DNA of 57,793 nucleotides, from assembly GCA_963976765.1 (NCBI GenBank), contig CAXBME010000027.1, positions 62,001-119,793 on the forward strand, read 5' to 3'. Of this stretch, positions 48,232 through 57,793 are shown piece by piece (within the stretch, counting starts at the first letter, position 1; the number at the start of each line of letters is the position of its first letter). The notes under the pieces were generated by a model. The model made no database searches, had not been told where the DNA came from, and saw only the letters and a program-made list of their open reading frames with translations. The translations under genes and the position numbers were made by a program. Source of the stretch: an uncultured Planctomycetaceae bacterium. Its GTDB lineage: Bacteria; Planctomycetota; Planctomycetia; Planctomycetales; Planctomycetaceae.

Positions 48232-50523
48232 TCACTTTTGCTCCCCATCCCACTCGACCTTACACTCTGGCAGCGCGGCGGTGAGTTTCTTGACTCCAGC
48301 CTCAGTCATCTTGGTTCCCTTGAGGGTGAGGGTCTTCAATGTCTCAAAGCCGCTCAAAATCTCGACGGTATCATCCGTGACGGCGCCTGCATCCAGCAGG
48401 GTGAGTCTGGTCAGGTTGGTGCAGCCCTTGAAGTGGTTCAAGCCTGTTCCTGTGAAATGTTTTCCTATCAAGCTGAGGGTTTCGATATTCGTACTATCTT
48501 TGAAGACGGCCAGCCCGGCATCGGTCATTCGCCCCTGCACATGCAGGGTTTTCAGTGGCATGCCTTGAAAGGGCTCCAGTGCCGCGTCGTCAATGTTGTG
48601 ACCGATCAGGGAGAGGGTCTGCAACTTTTGGCAATCTTTGAAAACGGCCATTCCCGTTGGTGTGACCCGCGTGTTCCACAGATTCAGTGTCCTAAGATGG
48701 AGGCAGCCGCGCAGGTTTTCCAGTCCAGCATCATCCAGCGTCTGGTTTCCGGTGAATGCTGTTAGTTGGAATGGGCCAATGGGCAGGTCAATAACCTTTC
48801 TTACGTCAAACCAGCGTTTCCCATCATTGATCTGGACTGCTTGACGATCTGCACGGTCTGCACCCGGCAGAGACAGGAGATATTCCACTGCCCGGCGGTT
48901 GGGATCGGTTGGCACGCCTGCGACCGGAGTCGCCTGGGATTCGGATTCCCGGCTGACTCTTACCACTTGCCGCCCGTTGGTCGTGACGGTGACAAGTTCC
49001 TGCCGCACCAGCTTGCCATCCTTGCTGGCGAGAAGCTTGTACTGGCCGGGCTTCAGGCGGATTTCCTTCGCCCCCGTGCCGGTGATGACCATTTCCTCGC
49101 CGTCAATGGTCACGCTGACGCCGGGATCGTCCACTTCCACCACCAGCGTGCCTTCGGGGGAGAACAGGCGAATCACCGTGGCCCGGACATTGGTGACGCC
49201 GGTTGCCTCAGACATGCCCAGCCCTGAGAGCAGCACCAGGGTCATGGCAGCCGCTGTAGCCCACCGGCGATTGCCCGGCCATGCGGTACGCCTGCCTGCT
49301 GCGGGAGCAAGGCTTGCTACTACGTTGGCGATTTCATTCTCTTCGGGTTCTTGGAATGCAATCTCCGGTTGCGTAAGCATTGGTAGAATCTCACGTAGCG
49401 ATTCCACGTTACCGTGCAGCTGCAGTTCCGACTGGCAGCGAGCCAATAGGTCGCCGACTTCCCTGGCCGACGTGAAGCGTTCCTCCGGGTTCTTCGCGTG
49501 CAACTTGGCAATGATTGCCGCGAGCCACTGCGGAACCTCGGGAATGATTCCCTGGATGGGACGCGGTTGCTCTTCCACGACCCGTCTCAGGACGGCAATG
49601 CTCGTCGCGGCGCGAAACGGAGGGCGGCCGCTGCACATCACATAGAGGACGCTACCCAGGCTGAACAGGTCGGAGCGATGGTCGATGTCGTGGGCTTGCG
49701 CCTGTTCGGGCGACATATACAGCGGTGTCCCGGAGATGACTCCGCTCTGCGTCATGCTGGCATCATCAGCGGAGCGGGCGAGGCCAAAGTCGGTGATCTT
49801 GATGCGATCGGTTCCGTCCTCCAGCAGGATGTTGCCCGGCTTGATGTCCCGGTGAATCAACTCTTTCGCGTGCGCAGCCTCCAGGCCAGCGGCGATTTGC
49901 TGGCCGATCCGCAGCACTTCCCGCACATCAAGCGGCCCCTGCTGGTCGAGTTTCTGCTGCAAGGTCTGCCCATCGATGTACTCCATCACCAGAAATGGCA
50001 GTGGCTGCTCTTCGACGGCATGAATGCTGACGACGTTCTCGTGACGAATGGCAGCGGTGGCCCGGGCTTCTCGCACGAATCGCTTGCGGGCAGGGGATGT
50101 CGCGGCCAACTCGGGCGCCATGACCTTGATGGCGACAATCCGGTGCAGCTTTTCGTCGAACGCCTTGAGTACGATGCCGCAGCCACCCCGGCCAATGATT
50201 TCGTGGATGTCGTAATGCCTGAGCCGCCCGATCGAATCGGGAGCGGTGGCTGGTTCCAGGAAAGACAGATCGATCTCGCCTTGGGGAGGGTGGTGCTCGG
50301 CCCCCGTCTCGCCTGCGGAATCGCCATTTCCCGAAGCACATACCGCCATCTGCTGGAGTGCGGGCACCTTCAGGAATTCCCCGGAGCGCTCGTGCGCCGC
50401 GAACAGGGCGTCCACCTGGCGTCGCAACGCCGGTTCGTCACCGCAAGCCTGGTTCAGGTAGTCGGCTCGATGGTTCGGGTCCGCTATCTCCAGCGCCACG
50501 AGAAAGATGGATTGTTCGTTCAC
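48232..50523 (-). CDS. Membrane Ser/Thr kinase with C-terminal LRR-like sensor
   Basis: GRGGCG, VAIK, HRDIKPGN, DFG, GTPLYMSPE, TM segment, LRR repeats; GTG start after AGGAG. Confidence 0.95.
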   Translation of the reverse strand: MNEQSIFLVALEIADPNHRADYLNQACGDEPALRRQVDALFAAHERSGEFLKVPALQQMAVCASGNGDSAGETGAEHHPPQGEIDLSFLEPATAPDSIGRLRHYDIHEIIGRGGCGIVLKAFDEKLHRIVAIKVMAPELAATSPARKRFVREARATAAIRHENVVSIHAVEEQPLPFLVMEYIDGQTLQQKLDQQGPLDVREVLRIGQQIAAGLEAAHAKELIHRDIKPGNILLEDGTDRIKITDFGLARSADDASMTQSGVISGTPLYMSPEQAQAHDIDHRSDLFSLGSVLYVMCSGRPPFRAATSIAVLRRVVEEQPRPIQGIIPEVPQWLAAIIAKLHAKNPEERFTSAREVGDLLARCQSELQLHGNVESLREILPMLTQPEIAFQEPEENEIANVVASLAPAAGRRTAWPGNRRWATAAAMTLVLLSGLGMSEATGVTNVRATVIRLFSPEGTLVVEVDDPGVSVTIDGEEMVITGTGAKEIRLKPGQYKLLASKDGKLVRQELVTVTTNGRQVVRVSRESESQATPVAGVPTDPNRRAVEYLLSLPGADRADRQAVQINDGKRWFDVRKVIDLPIGPFQLTAFTGNQTLDDAGLENLRGCLHLRTLNLWNTRVTPTGMAVFKDCQKLQTLSLIGHNIDDAALEPFQGMPLKTLHVQGRMTDAGLAVFKDSTNIETLSLIGKHFTGTGLNHFKGCTNLTRLTLLDAGAVTDDTVEILSGFETLKTLTLKGTKMTEAGVKKLTAALPECKVEWDGEQK

Positions 50524-50528
50524 GATGC

Positions 50529-50987
50529 CTACTCCTGCACCCGGGTGCATTGAATGTTCCAGTGACGCCCTTGCGAATCGATGAACGAACCCGACCAGTG
50601 GCCAAAGCGTTCGCCTTTCAACAGAACGGTACCCTTGAATCCCTCGTGAGAGACGCCACGTTTATCGAGGGCACGCAAGTCCGTGAATTCCACGCGGGTA
50701 TGTGCTCGTCGCTGAGGATTGTCCTTGCCAACCTGCTTCGTATAGTTCGGGTCTTTGATGTCGGTCTTCTGGTAGAGAACATGGTTCGACACTCGAAAAT
50801 GACCGCGCAGTTGCCCTGGCCCGGCCACCTTCGGGGTCAACGTGAATCGCCAGACGGCACCGTCGAAATCACCGCCATCCTTCCCTTGGGCATGGCACTC
50901 CGCCGCCATCCCAAGTCCCATCGCCACCGTAAAAATCAATATGGTTCGAGACCAACTCGACCGCACGGCACGCCAAACATCGTTCAT
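50529..50987 (-). CDS. Secreted hypothetical beta-rich protein
   Basis: Signal peptide (ILIFTVAMGLGMAAECHA); lies between the ECF and kinase genes. Confidence 0.7.
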   Translation of the reverse strand: MNDVWRAVRSSWSRTILIFTVAMGLGMAAECHAQGKDGGDFDGAVWRFTLTPKVAGPGQLRGHFRVSNHVLYQKTDIKDPNYTKQVGKDNPQRRAHTRVEFTDLRALDKRGVSHEGFKGTVLLKGERFGHWSGSFIDSQGRHWNIQCTRVQE

Positions 50988-51080
50988 GGAATTCTCCCGG
51001 AAACTGATTGGAGGGAAGGGGCGATCTGATCGCCCTCACAATCCAGTGCGCAGTCCGGGATTGGACCTGGCCAAAAATCT

Positions 51081-51662
51081 TCAAGGATTTTCGACGCCGC
51101 CGTTGTCCCCCTCGATTTCCCGCCGCAACCATGCGCGGGCATACGCCCATAGACGCCCGGCGGTGCGTGGGGAAACGTCGAGGGTGTGCGCTGCTTCCGG
51201 GAGTGTAAGCCCTCCGAAATACAGCAGTTGCACCAGTTCAGCGACCTGCGGGTTGACACCGGCCAGTTTCTGGAGGGCTTCATCCAGGGCGAGCAGGTCT
51301 TCCTGCGGTTCCGGCAGGCTGGGGGGAAGGTCGTCTCGAAGTTCTTGCCGGAGGAAGTCGCCGCCTCGCTTCAGGCTTTGCTTGCGCCGAGCGTTCTCGA
51401 TGAGGATGCGGCGGATGGCGACGGCCGCCGCCCCGAAGAAATGCCCTCGGCCATTCCACTGCTCCGGGTTCGCCCCGCCGACCAAGCGGAGATAAGCCTC
51501 ATGCACCAGCGCCGTCGGCTGCAACGTCTGGCCGGGCTGCTCGTTCGCCAGATGCACGGCGGCCAGCTTCCGCAATTCGTCGTACACGAGTGGCAGCAGC
51601 CGTTCGGCGGCCTGCGGGTCGCCTGCCTCAATGGCCTTTATGATCTCGGTGAACTCACTCAT
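51081..51662 (-). CDS. ECF sigma factor, TIGR02999/ECF43-like (kinase-associated)
   Basis: LLPLVYDELRKLA, TLQPTALVHEAYLRL, W.YARAWL. Confidence 0.93.
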   Translation of the reverse strand: MSEFTEIIKAIEAGDPQAAERLLPLVYDELRKLAAVHLANEQPGQTLQPTALVHEAYLRLVGGANPEQWNGRGHFFGAAAVAIRRILIENARRKQSLKRGGDFLRQELRDDLPPSLPEPQEDLLALDEALQKLAGVNPQVAELVQLLYFGGLTLPEAAHTLDVSPRTAGRLWAYARAWLRREIEGDNGGVENP

Positions 51663-51929
51663 TGGGATGGTTCTCTTTTTCAATGCTGCTCGACTGCGAT
51701 GGCGTCCGCCCTACCACTCGTCTCGTTTCCAAGCTTCCCCAGCGCATTGTAGTTTGCAGGCCAGGAAATTGAATACTTCAGGTATCGTTTCCACACGATC
51801 ACGCAACAAGTAGGCGCGCACGTCATCCCCTTTAGCCTATGCTGAAGATTCAACACATTAACTATTTGTTTATCACTTGCCTCTACACTCTCAGTTCCCG
51901 CATCATTTTCCCATCCAACGGAGCGTCCC

Positions 51930-53834
51930 ATGTCCCGCCGTCTTTTAAGAATGCTACTTGCCTTTTTATTGTCCACAACGCCAGCACACAGTGCTTACGC
52001 TGACTTCGGCTACATCACCCTTCTTGGGGCGGATGAAGTGGCAATCGTTAACGCGACGACCAACACAGTTCACTCCACGGTTTCTGTCGGGGATCGACCC
52101 AAAGGAGTCGCCATCAACCCAAGTAACACCGAGATATATGTTGCCAACGAAACATCAAACAGCATTTCTGTGATTAGCGCATATTCAACTGACGTCGTGG
52201 CAACCATCTCGTCCGTGTGCAACGCTATCAACAAAAACCCGACCGGTATCGTGTTTCATCCTGATGGCACTAAAGCGTACGTAACGTGCGCGTTAGACAA
52301 CTCCGTCAAGGTTATTGACACATCAGCAAGAACAATATTTGCAACTATATCGGTTGGCGACAGGCCGTACGAACTCAGCATTACACCAAATGGCAGCAAA
52401 CTGTATGTTGGCAACTTTCTTGATAACACTGCATCCGTTATCAATACTTCCACAAACACAGTCAGCTCCACGATAACCCTTACAGGCTGTGGCGGCGCAT
52501 TCTACAGTGCCGTTACTCCAGATGGCAGCAAGGCGTACATAACTTGCAGCACTACCGACAATGTAAAGGTGATTGACACTTCCACGGATTCAGTCTCCGC
52601 CACTGTTGCTGTTGGCGACACTCCTTGGGGCGTTGCAATCACCCCCGACGGCAATACCGCTTGGGTCGTTAATGATGAAGACAATTCTGTCAGTGTCATC
52701 GACATTGGGTCTGATACAGTCGCCACGACGATCTCGGTGGGCGGTGGAGGCGACAGCCCGCAAGGAATCGGTATCACACCAGACGGCTCAAGGGTGTACG
52801 TGCTGCTAATCGGCACAAGCGCAGCAAAGGTAATCGACGTGTCCAGCTATGCGATTGTCGATACTATTTCCATAGCGGGAGGTCCATTTGAAATTAAATT
52901 TACTACTACTGAACCAGGCACCGAAATCGCCTACGTCACCAATCAAGGCACCAGCAATAACGGAACGACTGTTTCGCTTATTGACCAGGCGTTGCGTTCG
53001 GTTGTTGCCGTCCTGACGGTTGGTACAGGCCCGTTCGGGATTGTTGCCTCGCCCGATTTTACAACTGTTTACGTGGCCAACAGAACATCGGGTACTGTCT
53101 CGGTGATCAATGCGCGAACGCGAACGGTAACCGATACCATCTCGGTTGGAACCAATCCAGCTGGCCTTGACATCACGCCAGATGGCTCAAAGCTTTATGT
53201 GGCCAATGTCGGCTCCAATACGGTATCCGTAATTGACACTGCAAGCAAATCCGTTGCGAGCAGCATTTCCGTTGGCACCTCACCATTAAATGTTGCCATC
53301 ACGCCCGACGGTGCTAAGGCCTATGTTGTGAATGATGGATCTGACAACGTATCAGTAATAAACACATCCACAGACACTGTTAGCACAACAATATCGGTCG
53401 GAACCAACCCTCGCGGCGTGGCCATCACGCCAAATGGCAATAAAGCCTATGTCGCGAATGCAAATTCAGGAAACGTATCGGTCATCAACACGGCGAGCGA
53501 CACTGTGTCCACTACAATTGCAATCGGTTCGACGGTTGTAGATGTGGCTGTTCTTCCTGACGGATCGAAAGCATACGTTGCCAACTTTGGCGGCAACGCA
53601 GTGAAGGTAATCAACACTTCGACCGATACGGTGTCATCAACTATCAACGTGGGGACGCAGCCTACAGGTGTCGCTGTGACACTTGATGGCCGTGAAGTTG
53701 ATGTGGCGAATAACGGTTCCAATTCTGTATCGGTAGTTAACACAAGTACGAATACTGTGGTGGCCACGATTGCGGGCGGGGATAGACCTCGCAATATTGC
53801 GACGCTTGTTCAGCGTACCTGCAACTGTCCGTGA
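51930..53834 (+). CDS. Secreted YVTN-repeat (YncE-like) beta-propeller protein
   Basis: Signal peptide; about 14 repeats of P.GVAITPDG.KAYV.N..S..VSVI; visibly lower GC. Confidence 0.92.
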   Translation: MSRRLLRMLLAFLLSTTPAHSAYADFGYITLLGADEVAIVNATTNTVHSTVSVGDRPKGVAINPSNTEIYVANETSNSISVISAYSTDVVATISSVCNAINKNPTGIVFHPDGTKAYVTCALDNSVKVIDTSARTIFATISVGDRPYELSITPNGSKLYVGNFLDNTASVINTSTNTVSSTITLTGCGGAFYSAVTPDGSKAYITCSTTDNVKVIDTSTDSVSATVAVGDTPWGVAITPDGNTAWVVNDEDNSVSVIDIGSDTVATTISVGGGGDSPQGIGITPDGSRVYVLLIGTSAAKVIDVSSYAIVDTISIAGGPFEIKFTTTEPGTEIAYVTNQGTSNNGTTVSLIDQALRSVVAVLTVGTGPFGIVASPDFTTVYVANRTSGTVSVINARTRTVTDTISVGTNPAGLDITPDGSKLYVANVGSNTVSVIDTASKSVASSISVGTSPLNVAITPDGAKAYVVNDGSDNVSVINTSTDTVSTTISVGTNPRGVAITPNGNKAYVANANSGNVSVINTASDTVSTTIAIGSTVVDVAVLPDGSKAYVANFGGNAVKVINTSTDTVSSTINVGTQPTGVAVTLDGREVDVANNGSNSVSVVNTSTNTVVATIAGGDRPRNIATLVQRTCNCP

Positions 53835-53842
53835 TGCTCTGA

Positions 53843-54437
53843 ACTCAACTACTACCGGCTGAAGCCGGTAGGTTCGCGGAAAATCGTGGCTGCGGACTGA
53901 AGTCCTTCGCTCACGATTTAGTGATTTGGAAGTTGTCGCCGCCGTCGGCGGGTTCGGTCCCGTCCTGCTGACGGATGTACTCCATAATGGCTTCGTCGGT
54001 GACGTTGCCGCTGGACGCCACGAAGTAGCCGCGGGCCCAGAGGTGCCTTCCCCAATACTGTTTCTGCAGGTGCCGGAACTCCATCATCAGCTTGCGGGAG
54101 GTCTTGCCCTTGATGTACTGCATGATCTTGCTGGGCAACAGGTTCGGCGGGCAAGACAGCAGTACGTGCACGTGATCGCGAGCCACCGCCCCTTGGAGAA
54201 TTTCGACTTCGTTCGTGCGACAAACCTCGCGGACCAGTTCTCGAAGACGAACGCCGACTTGGCCGGTCAAAACGCCTCGGCGATATTTGGTGCCCCACAC
54301 GAAATGGTATTTGATGTCGTAACGGCTGTGCGAGCCTGTGCGGTCGTTCTCCATAGGGTTCCATCCTAACCCAAGTGGGAAGAACCTAAAGGCTTCGCCT
54401 GAAGACGAGGGTTTCAGACCCATCGCAAGGACAATCA
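53843..54437 (-). mobile_element. IS200-type insertion sequence (tnpA only); ends approximate
   Basis: Y1 transposase with subterminal hairpins CTACCGGCT-GA-AGCCGGTAG and GGACT-GA-AGTCC. Confidence 0.8.
53911..54354 (-). CDS. tnpA: IS200/IS605 Y1 transposase
   Basis: YHFVWGTKYR, DHVHV (HUH), KGKTSR, WARGYF, YIRQQ. Confidence 0.95.
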   Translation of the reverse strand: MENDRTGSHSRYDIKYHFVWGTKYRRGVLTGQVGVRLRELVREVCRTNEVEILQGAVARDHVHVLLSCPPNLLPSKIMQYIKGKTSRKLMMEFRHLQKQYWGRHLWARGYFVASSGNVTDEAIMEYIRQQDGTEPADGGDNFQITKS

Positions 54438-54590
54438 AAAGGCGTCATACATAGGAGTTGCCTCAGTGAATCGGAGGACGCCTGAGGGCACCTACTGATG
54501 CCGTGAATAAGTCTTGGACGTCCAGGATGCGGGCCGGCCCGTGAATCCGGGCTACCGTTGATCGGCCTCGGTTCAAAACTCTCGCATCAT

Positions 54591-55286
54591 TCAATAAATA
54601 GAATGACGCGCCTTGATCGAGCGATACAGCGCCCAGTCCTGCTCCGTCCGTCGAGCAATGAGCGTTTCCTCAACATCCGATAGGGGCGACTTAGGTCGGG
54701 TTCCTACATTCAATCGTCCAACAGAAGTGTCGCTCTGCTGAAATCCCATGAGTGAGCAGATCGCCTGTGCCGCTGTATCAAGAGCCTCGGTTGTGCCAAT
54801 ATACGACAACCTCTCTGAAGGGTGCGGGACTGGATCGCCATAGACCATAATTCGCTGATCGTTAGTTGTGCCATAATGACCGCCTGCCGCCAGTCGTGCT
54901 TGGACATTGTCGCAGCAGCTTTGTGTTTCTGGGTCTGAAAGGAAGTCGGCAAAGGTCATTGTCGGGAAGCGTCGCATTATCGCAGGTAAATGCGGGCCAT
55001 TCTCAGTTGCCCTCCGCTGCCAGAAGTAAAAGGCAGATATGAGCCTCTCTCGTGGATCACGAAGTACAGTGACCGTGGTGAAATTGTCGATTCTCTGTGA
55101 CAGGCCATGCATCGAGATATGCCCACGGAAGAATTTGTATTTCGAGAGTGCCCTGGGCTTGTGCGAGAGGATCGAATGGTCCGTGTTGTGTGGGCAGATT
55201 TCGTCCGGAGCAAAGAATTGCTCAAGATAGCGGGATAGCGACTGTCCGCCAGTTTTGTGAATGTGCATGAATAGCAACGGCGTCAT
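54591..55286 (-). CDS. Sulfotransferase (family 2-like)
   Basis: HIHKTGGQS PAPS-binding loop, LRDPRERLIS. Confidence 0.88.
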   Translation of the reverse strand: MTPLLFMHIHKTGGQSLSRYLEQFFAPDEICPHNTDHSILSHKPRALSKYKFFRGHISMHGLSQRIDNFTTVTVLRDPRERLISAFYFWQRRATENGPHLPAIMRRFPTMTFADFLSDPETQSCCDNVQARLAAGGHYGTTNDQRIMVYGDPVPHPSERLSYIGTTEALDTAAQAICSLMGFQQSDTSVGRLNVGTRPKSPLSDVEETLIARRTEQDWALYRSIKARHSIY

Positions 55287-55540
55287 ATACTGTGGTGCTG
55301 CCTTGGGTGTGTCCTTGTTTCAACCTAGCGATATCGGTTAGTGCAATCGTGTGTATTTGTAAAGCTATTTGTGCGAATTGGCTTGGCGGAGGGCGTTCGC
55401 ATCACAAGACGCGGGCAGCAAGGCGTATCCGCGCATGTAGTCCGTAGTTGCGAGCGTATCGAGTGATATGGTGCAAACGCTTTCTTGACTGCCGGATAGA
55501 ACGGGTATATTCCTGCTCTGAAATATTTCGTGGGATGGTG

Positions 55541-56446
55541 ATGGAACAAGGTGCGGAAAGTAACTATTTCGTATGCATAGGGGCGCAAAAGGCTGGCACA
55601 AGCTGGCTTCATTGGAACCTGTATTGGCATCCGGACACCAACATTATTCGCCAGAAGGAGCTGAACTATTTCTGGCCGGTGTTTGATCGGCGGGAGCTAC
55701 GTTGGGGGCAAGCCACTGCTGGGTATGGGGGATGGCGCAATGCACGCACGACCTTGCTCAAGGCGATCGTTACACTCAATACAAGATTCGAGTATGTTCA
55801 GTACTTTCGGTGCGTCTTCATGCCTCGGACGCCAGACAGATACATGCGGCTGTTGACGCCTAAGAAAGGGAAGAAACTAGGTGGAGATGTATGCCCGGTC
55901 TTTGCCAATGCAAGTGCCGAGCGACTGCGTGAGTATTTCCCAGTGCTGAGCAAGGCCAAGCGTTTTATGCTTGTGCGAAATCCAGTCGAACGCGCATGGT
56001 CGCAAGTGTGCATGCGAATTATGAAGCAAGGAGGACAAGACTGGAGCGACGAGAATGTCCTGCGTCAGATCGGACTTGGAGTAATGAATAAATCGCAATA
56101 CAGCCATACTCTCGATCTCTGGGAAAGTGTTGGACTTCCGGTGGATGTCTTTTTCTACGAAGAAATGGTCGAAGACCCAGAATTCTTCTTCAAGAAGATA
56201 TGTGCGTACTTGGGAATCGACACCGTGACCGAATTTCCAAATAGTCGAGTGACCGATGTAGTGCATAAAGGAGCCGGCGTCCCAATGCCTGAGGCCGTGA
56301 GGTGTCACCTGGAGCACCTGCTTTGTGAAGAGCTTGAGGTGTTTGCTGAACGCTTTCCCAACCGTTGGACGCATGCATGGATGAATGATCGTCCCGAAGG
56401 CAATCAAAAGGATTGCGCGCCAGTTTCAGGTGCGGTCTGCAACTGA
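55541..56446 (+). CDS. Sulfotransferase
   Basis: IGAQKAGTSWL, KELNYF, RNPVERAWS. Confidence 0.9.
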   Translation: MEQGAESNYFVCIGAQKAGTSWLHWNLYWHPDTNIIRQKELNYFWPVFDRRELRWGQATAGYGGWRNARTTLLKAIVTLNTRFEYVQYFRCVFMPRTPDRYMRLLTPKKGKKLGGDVCPVFANASAERLREYFPVLSKAKRFMLVRNPVERAWSQVCMRIMKQGGQDWSDENVLRQIGLGVMNKSQYSHTLDLWESVGLPVDVFFYEEMVEDPEFFFKKICAYLGIDTVTEFPNSRVTDVVHKGAGVPMPEAVRCHLEHLLCEELEVFAERFPNRWTHAWMNDRPEGNQKDCAPVSGAVCN

Positions 56447-56496
56447 ATCACGGAATGTGTGCATCGCCTTGAATGATGCGTCGTCATGCTGGATTG

Positions 56497-56883
56497 CTAC
56501 GCCGTTTCGTTGGGTCCGGCCACAAAGACCTCCAATTCTCCGTAGAAGCAACAGTCCCACTGGATCATGTCCTCATGCACGTGGAGCCAAAGCTCTTCAT
56601 CGCCGGATTCAGCGTAGCTGCGGAGAGTCAAGCAGTAGGTGTGGTGATAACGGGAAAGTGGCCCAAAGAGGGGGCCATCGAACCCGTGGTCTTCCATTTC
56701 TTGGTCAGGATCAGTGCGCCCGTGCGACAGCCGAAGATATAGTTTTCCCGGCGTAAGCGCGGTCCCAGTTGGGACGAGCAGCGGCGTTGGTGGAGCTGGC
56801 CGTGGGCCAAAACTGGTAGACGGCATGCCGTAGTGTGCTACGGCCTTCTCAGCGAGACGTTGGAGACGGCGTTTAGTGATCAT
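56497..56883 (-). CDS. Hypothetical protein (LYLRLxHGR...GFDGP pattern)
   Basis: RBS AAAGGA before MITK; protein-like composition. Confidence 0.65.
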   Translation of the reverse strand: MITKRRLQRLAEKAVAHYGMPSTSFGPRPAPPTPLLVPTGTALTPGKLYLRLSHGRTDPDQEMEDHGFDGPLFGPLSRYHHTYCLTLRSYAESGDEELWLHVHEDMIQWDCCFYGELEVFVAGPNETA

Positions 56884-57453
56884 ACGGCTTCCTTTCTCAC
56901 GCGTTGGCTCGGCCATGCGAGCAGTAGCTATAATGATTGAGCGTGAACGAAGGGCGACAACCGGTAATGTTTAGGCCGTAAACGTCTATCACAACGATCT
57001 CCTTGTCCATGGTGAATACCATCGCCGCTACAGTTGCATATTCGTGTGTTGCCGCATAACACGACGATACAGATCAGTCAACGAGAATGTCGTGATCGCT
57101 GTTTAGCTGGGTAGGTTGCCTTCTGTTGACTAATCCCCCTTACGCGAAACGCGAACAGCGTTTTTCGGCGGAAGGGGGGCGAAAGCCCTTAGTAGCAGGG
57201 GGGGAGTGCAGTCAGGGACGACCGGCATGGAGGGGCACCCGGTCTGCACAAGCGAGGCTTTGCGAGCGCGGAAGATCGGGGAGGGGCCGTGCCGGTCGCC
57301 GAAGGGCATCCTTTACTGCACGGGGGATTCTCCCCCGGTTTTCCGCACGAGAGGGCGGAAGGGGGCGGTAGCCGTCCGGCAGGACCGCAGCGAAGCGCAG
57401 CCCGGAAGCACTCGGTCGCCCGGATGGCGACGTGCCAGGCAATTGCAATAGCG

Positions 57454-57793
57454 TTAGCCTCGCGTCCGCGCTCGGGGGGCAACTTCCAGGGCATGGTTCA
57501 GTGCCTTGATGATCTTTTCGTCTTCCGCGATCAACAAACCGGTGTCGTTAGAGGCACCAATCGTTTCCAGCATCAACTCGAAGCGTTCGAGTTTTGAGGG
57601 GTCGGAGGGGGGAACCTCGTAGGCGAATATAGTTCGTCCAGTTGTGTCCAATGCGCCGCCAAGCGCAGGATTCGGAAACCTTTCGTGCTTCAACACCGCA
57701 ACAAAAGCATACGGCTCCATGCCATAGCGCGATGCCAAGAGCTATTGTCAAATGTCGTGGCCTGAGACTGAATCAGGCGGCGTATTCCTGGAG
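57454..57793 (-). CDS. Hypothetical protein; start uncertain, may lie outside the window
   Basis: ORF 57454-57738 with protein-like composition. Confidence 0.35.

Noticed and set aside
278..51752. Many long antisense or alternate-frame ORFs (e.g. 1028-2062 +, 9066-10385 -, 12119-13450 -, 40087-41106 -, 49498-50553 +)
   Set aside because: Shadows of well-supported genes in high-GC DNA, with no motifs of their own
51930..53834. Repetitive DNA resembling an array
   Set aside because: Degenerate in-frame protein repeats, not CRISPR; no constant repeat-spacer pattern or cas genes seen in the window
53843..54590. tnpB/omegaRNA RNA-guided system next to tnpA
   Set aside because: No tnpB or RuvC ORF; the right-end hairpin follows tnpA directly

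Overview
High-GC bacterial DNA, probably a Planctomycete (TIGR02999-type ECF sigma plus Ser/Thr kinase, Cys/Pro-rich secreted protein). The window has three blocks. (1) 284-24792 is an efflux island: two RND pumps under paralogous TetR repressors that share one operator, an outer-membrane factor coupled to a 16-Cys secreted protein, a YhiI-RbbA-YhhJ ABC pump followed by a broken marR, and a MarR-EmrAB-OMF MFS pump. (2) About 25160-42826 is the backbone of an integrative mobilisable element: a DarB-like methyltransferase-helicase with a nested small gene, ArdC, ParB-like and PC4-like proteins, AlpA, an attP-type junction built on a tRNA-Gln 3' end, a P4-type integrase and a MobF relaxase. This block also holds two paralogous long hairpins and a ~730-nt densely base-paired non-coding region, my best candidate for something undescribed. 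(3) 42924-57793 is cargo: methyltransferase, LysR-PhzF-SDR-PaaI-ApbA cluster, ECF/secreted protein/kinase module, YVTN beta-propeller, IS200, two sulfotransferases and another structured intergenic region. Family calls are by motif recognition only; no searches or folding programs were run.
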